Below are positions 25,257 to 31,464 of a stretch of 44,275 nucleotides of DNA, in pieces. Positions within the stretch are counted from its first letter, which is position 1. Each line of letters opens with the position of its first letter. The position numbers and the translations under genes were made by a program. The DNA is from a virus, in IMG/VR virus record IMGVR_UViG_3300031716_000019, one strand, 5' to 3'. The notes under the pieces are model-generated. The model was not told the origin of the DNA. It saw only the letters and a program-made list of their open reading frames with translations, and ran no database searches.

Positions 25257-27478
25257 CGACAGAACAAGAAGACCTTGCGCGAGCTATCGCGCCGCTCGTC
25301 GAGCGCGTACGCCGGGATACTTGCGTGGAAGTCAAACCCGGTAAAGCCCCTGCCCGCGTAGACCAGCCGCTCTCCGATGTCAAAGTGCGCCGGCATCTGT
25401 CCGGTGGTACCGCGTACGGTGCATACCCTATGCTGCCTGGCAGCTCGACTACGCGGGTCGCTCTGCTCGATATGGACAGCCACCGCGGGGAGACGGCGTG
25501 GCCCGATATGCAGACGGCTGCACTGCGCGTCATGCAGGCGGCCGAGGCGCGAGGACTGCTTGGGACGCCGTTCCGTAGTGGCGGTGGCAAGGGCGTGCAC
25601 GTCTATTTTCTATGGGAAGCCGAGAACGATGCCTACAGCGTTCGTGCGTTGCTCGCCGACGTTTTGGCCGATGCGGGCTTTACGGATGGCGCTGGCGGTG
25701 TTGCCGCAGGCGAGATCGAGATTTTCCCCAAACAGGATCGTATCGAGCCGGGGAAGTTCGGGAACATGTTCGTGATACCAGGGGCGCGCAAGAGCGTACC
25801 CCTGGATACCTTCGAACTCGAGGACTCAGATTACTTCGGACTCCTAACTAATGGGTGGCCGATGTCGTCACCTGTCGCGCCGCGTGAGCGCCCAGCTACA
25901 TCGTCGTTGACCGTCGTGAAAGCGCCGAGCTCGTCAGCAACTTGGCGCCAAGCGCTCGACGCGATCCCGAATTCAGGTAGCAACGAGCTGCCGTACGATG
26001 ACTGGTTCAAGATCATCGCAGCGATCGACTTCGAAACCGAGCACAGCGACGAAGGGCTGCAAATCGCGCTCGAGTTCAACGCGCGCGCCGGCAAAGACAA
26101 TCGCGAGTTCTTCGAAAACCGGGTGTGGCCATACCTGACACCGGACCGCGACCGGCCCATTACCGGGGAGACGATCAAACGGATTGCCGCTGAGCAATAC
26201 GGCTGGGAAGAGGATGTGGCGCAGCAGTTTGAAGTGTTGCCGGCGTCGTCTGCCGACAGTCCCGAGCTCGACGAGGCGTTGCCGGACTTCCTGAACCGCA
26301 ACCCAAAGACCGGCATTGTGCCGGCGAACAGCACGAATATTTACCTGGCGCTCAAGTGCCGCGCGATCGTGCCCTGGACGCTGGGTTATGACTCGTTCCG
26401 CGACGACATCATGCGCCTTGAGCGTGGCGGCTCGGAATGGGTTCCGTTCGATGAGGTCGATTACCCGCGGCTTGCCATCGCGCTCGAGGCGGTGAAGTTT
26501 GGCGAGATTCCGCACGCCAACTTGCGACGCATGGTGGCAATGGTGGCGCACGAGAACACCTTCGACTCGGCGATGCAGTGGCTGACCGGCTTGCCGGCCT
26601 GGGACGGCGTGAAGCGTTGCGAGACGTTCCTGCAGGACTGCATGGGTGTGGAAGACACGCCATACACGCGCGCGGTGTCGCGGTACATGTGGAGCGCGCT
26701 CGCGGGGCGCGTGCTGTCGCCTGGTGTCAAGGCGAAGATGGCGGTCATTCTTACGGGCTTGCAGAACGCGGGCAAGTCGACGCTCGTTGAAACCATCGCG
26801 CCTTCGATTTCGTTTTTCACCACGCTCGACCTGTCGAACACTGGGCCAGAGATGAGCCGGCTGATGCGCGGCCGGCTGCTGATTGAGCTGCCAGAGCTTA
26901 AGGGCATGCGCAATGGCAGCATCGAGCACATCAAGGCGATGATTAGCCGCACGCACGAGGACATCCGCAACCTATACGCCGAGAAGTATCACCAGTACGC
27001 GCGACGCTTCATTTTCATCGGTACGACCAACGACGATGAATTCTTGGTCGACCGCACCGGTAACAGCCGGTTCTTGCCGGTGCGAGCTGGGAAGGGCGAC
27101 CTCGAGCGCATCGCGCGCGATCGCGAGCAGCTTTGGGCCGAAGGCGCAGCGCTTTTCGGTGAGCATGGCGTGATGTGGGAAGAGGCCGAAGGCCTAGCGC
27201 AGGCCGAGCACCAGCAGTTTATGGTGAGCGACACGTGGGAAGAGCACATCGCGCAATGGCTGGACGAGGCGGACATGGATGGCGAAGAGCCCCGCGGTTA
27301 TGGCCCGTTCCTGCTTTCCGACGTCTTGCACGGAGCGCTGGGGCTGAACGCGCAGCAGGTCAACAAGCCAATCCAGATGCGCGCGGCCGACTCGCTCAAA
27401 GCACTGGGCTATGTGAAGCAGCAGAAGCGGGTGGGCGGCGCTGTGCGCAAGGTCTGGATCGATTCTCTGCTGCTGTAG
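25253..27478 (+). CDS. Bifunctional primase-polymerase / VirE-D5-like P-loop helicase
   Basis: There is an N-terminal prim-pol-like domain (LLDMDSH..GKGVHVYF). A central P-loop is present (TGLQNAGKST). The C-terminal wHTH-like tail is ..LGYVKQQKRVGGAVRKVW. Confidence 0.88.
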   Translation: MTTEQEDLARAIAPLVERVRRDTCVEVKPGKAPARVDQPLSDVKVRRHLSGGTAYGAYPMLPGSSTTRVALLDMDSHRGETAWPDMQTAALRVMQAAEARGLLGTPFRSGGGKGVHVYFLWEAENDAYSVRALLADVLADAGFTDGAGGVAAGEIEIFPKQDRIEPGKFGNMFVIPGARKSVPLDTFELEDSDYFGLLTNGWPMSSPVAPRERPATSSLTVVKAPSSSATWRQALDAIPNSGSNELPYDDWFKIIAAIDFETEHSDEGLQIALEFNARAGKDNREFFENRVWPYLTPDRDRPITGETIKRIAAEQYGWEEDVAQQFEVLPASSADSPELDEALPDFLNRNPKTGIVPANSTNIYLALKCRAIVPWTLGYDSFRDDIMRLERGGSEWVPFDEVDYPRLAIALEAVKFGEIPHANLRRMVAMVAHENTFDSAMQWLTGLPAWDGVKRCETFLQDCMGVEDTPYTRAVSRYMWSALAGRVLSPGVKAKMAVILTGLQNAGKSTLVETIAPSISFFTTLDLSNTGPEMSRLMRGRLLIELPELKGMRNGSIEHIKAMISRTHEDIRNLYAEKYHQYARRFIFIGTTNDDEFLVDRTGNSRFLPVRAGKGDLERIARDREQLWAEGAALFGEHGVMWEEAEGLAQAEHQQFMVSDTWEEHIAQWLDEADMDGEEPRGYGPFLLSDVLHGALGLNAQQVNKPIQMRAADSLKALGYVKQQKRVGGAVRKVWIDSLLL
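25835..25847. repeat. Dyad element copy A8 (TTCGGACTCCTAA) inside the primase ORF
   Basis: The full junction-type string TTCGGACTCCTAACTAATG is read through in frame as FGLLTN. Confidence 0.75.
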
Positions 27479-27487
27479 CCAAAACAG

Positions 27488-27510
27488 GCGCCCTGGCGGG
27501 TCTAGGGCGC
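27488..27510. terminator. Bidirectional hairpin terminator between convergent units
   Basis: GCGCCCT-(9 nt)-AGGGCGC. A T-run (CTTTATTTG) lies on the + side and CTGTTTTGG on the - side. Confidence 0.55.
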
Positions 27511-27518
27511 GTTCCGCT

Positions 27519-27821
27519 TTATTTGTCCCAACCGTTCTTACGGCAGAAGGACTCATAGCCGGCGCGGACTGACGCGGGGCTCGCGTCGACCCCTTCGCCC
27601 GGGTGGTACACGTCATCGGCGACGAGTGCGGTGAAGCGCACGAACTTGATGTCTTCGGAAGAGCCCATTACCCCTTCCAGTGTCCTCTGCTCAGGAACGC
27701 CAAGCTCTCGGCTTTTGGCTATCTCCCCCGCCAGTTTCCCGATCGACGCGCAAAGGTCGTCGGTGGCGTGCACGCTAGCAGCTGCGGCCGCGAACAGAAT
27801 GGCGGCGATGATTCTTTTCAT
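27519..27821 (-). CDS. Secreted small protein (Sec signal peptide, 100 aa)
   Basis: MKRIIAAILFAAAAASVHA-TDD is a signal peptide. GGAGG SD. Last gene of the four-gene accessory operon. Confidence 0.6.
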   Translation of the reverse strand: MKRIIAAILFAAAAASVHATDDLCASIGKLAGEIAKSRELGVPEQRTLEGVMGSSEDIKFVRFTALVADDVYHPGEGVDASPASVRAGYESFCRKNGWDK

Positions 27822-28051
27822 GGTTGTAGCCTCCGTTTAATCAGCCGAACGATAGTACGCCCATTGCGCTCAACGACAAACCGGTAGATCGCCGGCCGGG
27901 CGTTGAACCGTTCTAGCATCACTTCCAGCGCCTCTCTGCGCGTTCGGTACTCGAGCGACTTGAACCCGGCTCTATTCTGGAATGGCGGTGTACGGAAGGA
28001 CCACAACCCGTCACAGTAGGTCATGGTCCATACGCGGGACGTATCGGGCAT
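27818..28051 (-). CDS. Hypothetical protein (77 aa)
   Basis: ORF track. ATGA overlap with the downstream gene. Confidence 0.5.
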   Translation of the reverse strand: MPDTSRVWTMTYCDGLWSFRTPPFQNRAGFKSLEYRTRREALEVMLERFNARPAIYRFVVERNGRTIVRLIKRRLQP

Positions 28052-28117
28052 TTCGTTTTTACCCTTCCGTAGTGGTTGCCTTTTAGCTGGGCCGGGGGGG
28101 TCTGTGGTGGGGCTGCG

Positions 28118-28330
28118 TTAGACGACCGGCCCGGTGAACACCGGGTGAGTTAGCGTATTCACTCCCTTACGGTAGGTACAGACGACTGCGCCTTCTACCA
28201 CTTCGGTGTGCACCGAAGCTTTGAATTCTTCCGGCCCGGTCTGGTAGACCAGTACGGTACCGAATAGCGCGCGGCTGTAGTCCTTCGCGAAGTCAATTGC
28301 GCCCTGCAGAGTGCGGTGAGTGCTCGCCAT
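28118..28330 (-). CDS. Hypothetical protein (70 aa)
   Basis: ORF track. AAGGA SD. Confidence 0.5.
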   Translation of the reverse strand: MASTHRTLQGAIDFAKDYSRALFGTVLVYQTGPEEFKASVHTEVVEGAVVCTYRKGVNTLTHPVFTGPVV

Positions 28331-28403
28331 GTTTGGTCCTTTTGGTTATCCCCAGACGCCCCGGTGGGCGTTTCGCCGGCGTTACGGCTCGTCAGTGGGG
28401 CTA

Positions 28404-28649
28404 TTACTTCACGTTCGTTGCGTCGACCAGGTACACCCGACCGCCCTTGGTCGTGCGCAGCGTGCCTTCGATCTTACCTTTGATCTTACCTTCGACTTGC
28501 AAGCCGTAGATGAAGCCACTGTTCGGCTTGTTGCGGCAAACAATCTGCTGGCCCTTCGCGTTCTCCTGCACAAGCGTCAGTTCCCACATCGGGTTGCCAA
28601 CAGTGGTGTTGCGAAGGCGCTTTGCATTGGTGATCGTGAAAGTTGCCAT
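28404..28649 (-). CDS. Hypothetical protein (81 aa; NAKRL..VGNPMWELT pattern)
   Basis: In-frame ATG with GGAGAA SD, downstream of promoter 28687-28715. The pattern resembles a widespread small phage protein family of unknown function. Confidence 0.55.
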   Translation of the reverse strand: MATFTITNAKRLRNTTVGNPMWELTLVQENAKGQQIVCRNKPNSGFIYGLQVEGKIKGKIEGTLRTTKGGRVYLVDATNVK

Positions 28650-28686
28650 GCTGTTCTCCGTTTCGTTGTTTCGTTGCGATGTGAGA

Positions 28687-28715
28687 ACTATAGCAAATGC
28701 GAAACGTGAGCGCAA
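28687..28715 (-). promoter_or_regulatory. Sigma70-like promoter (TTGCGC-N17-TATAGT) with conserved spacer element
   Basis: -35 is the reverse complement of 28710-28715 and -10 the reverse complement of 28687-28692. The spacer holds TTTCGCATTTGC (28693-28704). Confidence 0.55.
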
Positions 28716-28739
28716 GCGGTTTCTGCAAAATTTGCGCGT

Positions 28740-29009
28740 TCAGATTAGGGTACTGCGCCATACCTTACGCACTGTGCCGCCGGTCCACTTCTGTGTCTTC
28801 GCGTACCCCAGATCGCGCAGCAGGGTTGCTATCCGCATTTGATTTGATGTCTTGTGGCATGCAGGCATCAAACCGCCCAAGGCACCGGCAACGGCCTGAT
28901 CCATCGTGAAGACTTCGGGCGCGCGGTCCCTGACCCATGCGGTGACAAGCGGCCGCCATTTATCTGTTAGGAAATCAGTTGTTTTCCGGGCGTGGTTTCG
29001 GTTTGTCAC
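28740..29009 (-). CDS. Stand-alone paralog of the primase C-terminal (wHTH-like) domain
   Basis: FTMDQAVAGALG..QMRIATLLRDLGYAKTQKWTGGTVRKVW aligns with the primase C-terminus FLLSDVLHGALG..QMRAADSLKALGYVKQQKRVGGAVRKVW. GTG start. Confidence 0.6.
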   Translation of the reverse strand: MTNRNHARKTTDFLTDKWRPLVTAWVRDRAPEVFTMDQAVAGALGGLMPACHKTSNQMRIATLLRDLGYAKTQKWTGGTVRKVWRSTLI

Positions 29010-29139
29010 GGTCTATCCGTCAAAAGTTGTAATTTGCCGCACGCTGCTCAGCGGCGTGTATCCAACGTTGTTGGGGCGGTTACTCAGGTGGGCGACGGCT
29101 CGGAGCCTTACTCAGATTGGCTTCTACCTACAGTATCCA

Positions 29140-29260
29140 CAGTATCTATTATTTTATAGTAAGTAGGAAGGAATGAAAGATAGAAAGGTAGAAGTAAGAA
29201 TACGTATAGCATAAGATATAATATATAGAGAGAAGGTCTTGGGAGGGGGTGGATGCGAGG
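29140..29260. other. AT-rich, C-depleted (top strand) island with short direct repeats
   Basis: Only 2 C occur in 29161-29236, in a genome of more than 60% GC. The flanking direct repeats are TTACTCAG (x2, 29070-29120) and CAGTATC (x2). TAGAAAGG-like repeats also occur. Confidence 0.6.
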
Positions 29261-29327
29261 TTACAGGATACGGTTCATTGAGCGAAGAGAACGCGCAAGA
29301 ATTGCAGATTCAGAGTGCACAATGAAA

Positions 29328-29347
29328 ATCGGCCCTTGCGGGCCGAT
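29328..29347 (-). terminator. Rho-independent terminator of the three-gene micro-operon
   Basis: ATCGGCCC-GCAA-GGGCCGAT followed by TTTTCATT on the - strand. Confidence 0.7.
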
Positions 29348-29374
29348 GGTTGCGGGGGTGGCGACTTGTTGCCG

Positions 29375-29527
29375 CTAGACTTGCTCAAGCTGCCCACGGC
29401 GCGCCGGATGGTGGCTGAATTTCTTCAGCATCGTGCACGCTTCGTGGTGCGGCATCGGGTAGGCCGTGCAGTAGACCTTCCGGCCGCTGCGCTCGTTGAT
29501 TGCGACGATGTGGTAGAGGCGGGGCAT
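29375..29527 (-). CDS. Hypothetical 50-aa protein
   Basis: In-frame ATG (MPRLYHIVAINERSG...) with AGGAG SD provided by the dyad element. Confidence 0.45.
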   Translation of the reverse strand: MPRLYHIVAINERSGRKVYCTAYPMPHHEACTMLKKFSHHPARRGQLEQV

Positions 29528-29529
29528 AA

Positions 29530-29542
29530 TCAGGACTCCTAA
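29530..29542. repeat. Dyad element copy A9 (TCAGGACTCCTAA)
   Basis: Lies between the stop at 29547 and the ATG at 29527. Confidence 0.65.
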
Positions 29543-29546
29543 GAGA

Positions 29547-29723
29547 TCAGAAACGAACAGCGAGCGCACGGCCAAAACGCGTGCTCACCGTGGCGCGCAC
29601 ACCGGCAGGGTAGCAGGCCGCCCACGACAGCGCTTCGTAAAACGACTTGGCGCGGTGTACGATGACATCGTCGCGGTAGCCGATGACCGTGACGCGGTAG
29701 GGATTGAGTAGGGCTTTGAGCAT
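29547..29723 (-). CDS. Hypothetical 58-aa protein
   Basis: Hand translation: MLKALLNPYRVTVIGYRDDVIVHRAKSFYEALSWAACYPAGVRATVSTRFGRALAVRF. Confidence 0.4.
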   Translation of the reverse strand: MLKALLNPYRVTVIGYRDDVIVHRAKSFYEALSWAACYPAGVRATVSTRFGRALAVRF

Positions 29724-29738
29724 GATGGGTGGTCCTGG

Positions 29739-29882
29739 TTAGATGGCGTTACGAACCCACAGGAGATTCCCACCGTGCTGCAACGACGCCATGTCGAATG
29801 CCTTCGAGAGACTATCAGCTTCGCAAAGATACGTTTCAAGCTTCCCGTTCGAATTGGTGTAACCGATATAGAACTTTGCCAT
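29739..29882 (-). CDS. Hypothetical 47-aa protein
   Basis: Hand translation: MAKFYIGYTNSNGKLETYLCEADSLSKAFDMASLQHGGNLLWVRNAI. First gene after promoter 29918-29945. Confidence 0.4.
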   Translation of the reverse strand: MAKFYIGYTNSNGKLETYLCEADSLSKAFDMASLQHGGNLLWVRNAI

Positions 29883-29917
29883 CTCGTTCCCCTTCGTGTT
29901 TCGTTTCGATGGATTGA

Positions 29918-29945
29918 ATTATAGCAAATGCGAAATGTAATGCAA
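29918..29945 (-). promoter_or_regulatory. Sigma70-like promoter (TTGCAT-N16-TATAAT) with conserved spacer element
   Basis: -35 is the reverse complement of 29940-29945, overlapping the ATG of the divergent HTH gene. -10 is the reverse complement of 29918-29923. The spacer holds TTTCGCATTTGC (29924-29935). Confidence 0.55.
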
Positions 29946-30368
29946 GCGGAAATTGATGCCTTCCACAAATCGATCTGCGCGCGCGCACTGCTCATCGCAA
30001 TTGAATGGGCGGGGAGCGGTGCGGCACTGTCTCGCGCAGCTGGACTGGGTCGATACGCTTGCAACACCTGGACGCACAGAGGAGGCATCCCGCCAATTGC
30101 AGCGCTCATCTTGGAGCACGTAGAAGGCTTTCCATTGACGGCTAAAGAGATGCGGCCGGATGTCGATTGGAGCCGCTACAAGCCAATAAGGTGCAACGGA
30201 TGCGGCAAGCACATACACCCCAATGGCTACCGGAGCGGGTGTCGTCCTGTGTTAAGGGCTCATGTTAATGGCCGCGCACCGAAGGCTCCGAAGCAGCCTA
30301 AACGCAGCCCAGCTCGCACCAAGCCGAAGGCATCGAGCGCCGCGCACCTGGCCTCGAGCGCTGCCTGA
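29940..30368 (+). CDS. Cro/YdaS-like HTH regulator with CNGCG zinc-ribbon-like motif and basic tail
   Basis: LLIAIEWAGSGAALSRAAGLGRYACNTWTHRGGIP resembles the YdaS/Cro-type HTH. It is divergent from the micro-operon promoter. The start could also be 29928. Confidence 0.65.
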   Translation: MQAEIDAFHKSICARALLIAIEWAGSGAALSRAAGLGRYACNTWTHRGGIPPIAALILEHVEGFPLTAKEMRPDVDWSRYKPIRCNGCGKHIHPNGYRSGCRPVLRAHVNGRAPKAPKQPKRSPARTKPKASSAAHLASSAA

Positions 30369-30487
30369 GCCGCGGCCGCGGCCACACGATGGGCACACCG
30401 ACGCGCCGCATCAAGCGCAAAGCCTTACTGCATAAGGCGATGCGCGCATCGTACACCGGAGTCTAGATCCGCTGCGCACGAAAGTAC

Positions 30488-30515
30488 TTGCATTCCTTTT
30501 CGCATCTGCTATAAT
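30488..30515 (+). promoter_or_regulatory. Orphan sigma70-like promoter (TTGCAT-N16-TATAAT) with conserved spacer element
   Basis: -35 at 30488-30493 and -10 at 30510-30515. The spacer holds TTTCGCATCTGC (30498-30509). No credible ORF lies downstream. Confidence 0.55.
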
Positions 30516-30521
30516 GTAGTC

Positions 30522-30668
30522 ATGGTGTGAGGCTGATGCAGCAAGGATCGGCGTCGATGAGTAAGGGTTTACCCTTAGTTCGGAGGCGGGGAGGCCGCCC
30601 GCGGCGGCCGCGCGGGGCCGGGGCCAGGGGGTAAAATCACCGTAACAGGTTACGGTAACACCCTGTTT
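30522..30668 (+). ncRNA. Candidate structured non-coding RNA (three GC-rich hairpins)
   Basis: It lies downstream of the orphan promoter. Three hairpins are present: TAAGGG-UUUA-CCCUUA (30562-30577), GGCCGCC-CGC-GGCGGCC (30593-30609) and ACCGUAA-CAGG-UUACGGU (30639-30656). The last is enclosed by CAGGG/CCCUG and followed by UUUCC. The only ORF is a 32-aa Arg-rich one with poor SD spacing. Confidence 0.3.
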
Positions 30669-30699
30669 CCGACGCTCGCGCAAAAATAAAGAGCCCGCA

Positions 30700-30726
30700 T
30701 TTCGCAGATTGCATTTCGCAACATGC
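30700..30726 (+). promoter_or_regulatory. Two tandem copies of the spacer element without a -10 box
   Basis: TTTCGCAGATTGC and TTTCGCAACATGC, both with a 3-nt centre. They are followed by the C-tract CCTCCCCTCCCTCCC (30738-30752). Confidence 0.4.
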
Positions 30727-30792
30727 AAAACACACGCCTCCCCTCCCTCCCGAAACACGCAAAAATCCCCAATTAGCGTCCACAAAGAAAAA

Positions 30793-30808
30793 GCCCACCG
30801 AAGTGGGC
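30793..30808 (-). terminator. Rho-independent terminator after 30835..31464
   Basis: GCCCAC-TTCG-GTGGGC followed by TTTTTCTTTG on the - strand. Confidence 0.7.
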
Positions 30809-30834
30809 CTTGTCACATCAGCACCAGGGAGCCG

Positions 30835-31464
30835 TTAGAGCTTCGCGGCGACCTTCTTTTTCAAGCCGAACAACCGGTGGAAGCCGAGCATGAGAGACAT
30901 CTCGGTGAAGCCTTCTTCGATGTGCGCCAGCAACTCGTGCAGCAAAACGTGGTGCTCGGCCGGCAGGGCCGCGAGTACCTTGTCGACGGGCTCAGCCGTC
31001 TCGCCAGTGCCAGACAAGCCAGCCGATGGCGCAGACGAGACAGGCGCAGTAGCCCCACCCGAAGAGGCAGGCAGCGACGACTGCCCGCCGGTAACCACGT
31101 TTCCCGGTTCAGCCGCCGAACCAGTGCTCACGGGTACGACGGCAGACACGTTTCCCGCTTCAGCCACCGGAGCCACAGCCGAGACGGCAGTAGCGGTAGG
31201 GGCTGCCGCAGCTGCTACAGGGGCGGTATGCGCGGAAGCGGCGGGGACGTTTCCCGCATCACCAAGGCCAGCGGCTGAGGTCGCGGGGCTCTCCGACGGA
31301 GCGGACGAGGCTACGGAAGCCATCCCGTCTCCACTCGAGACAGCAGCGGGCGCAGTAGTTGAAGGGGCCGGCGTCGAGCTCGCCGTCGCAGCGCCGGCAT
31401 CGACGTTTGGGGATTGAGCGGCGAGAGCCACGTTCGCGTCAGCGATCGGATCGGACATTTGCAT
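30835..31464 (-). CDS. Acidic Ala/Ser/Pro-rich protein with structured C-terminal domain
   Basis: AAAGGAG SD, with a terminator after the stop. About 150 aa are low-complexity, with three (D/E)xGNV repeats. The C-terminus is LPAEHHVLLHELLAHIEEGFTEMSLMLGFHRLFGLKKK. Confidence 0.55.
   Translation of the reverse strand: MQMSDPIADANVALAAQSPNVDAGAATASSTPAPSTTAPAAVSSGDGMASVASSAPSESPATSAAGLGDAGNVPAASAHTAPVAAAAAPTATAVSAVAPVAEAGNVSAVVPVSTGSAAEPGNVVTGGQSSLPASSGGATAPVSSAPSAGLSGTGETAEPVDKVLAALPAEHHVLLHELLAHIEEGFTEMSLMLGFHRLFGLKKKVAAKL

Noticed and set aside
30411-31278. ORFs 30411..30785 (-) 124 aa and 30709..31278 (+) 189 aa in the non-coding region or antisense to the Ala-rich gene.
   Set aside because: They have no SD, and their composition is Arg-rich or odd. 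The first spans promoter and hairpin elements. The second is the mirror frame of 30835..31464.
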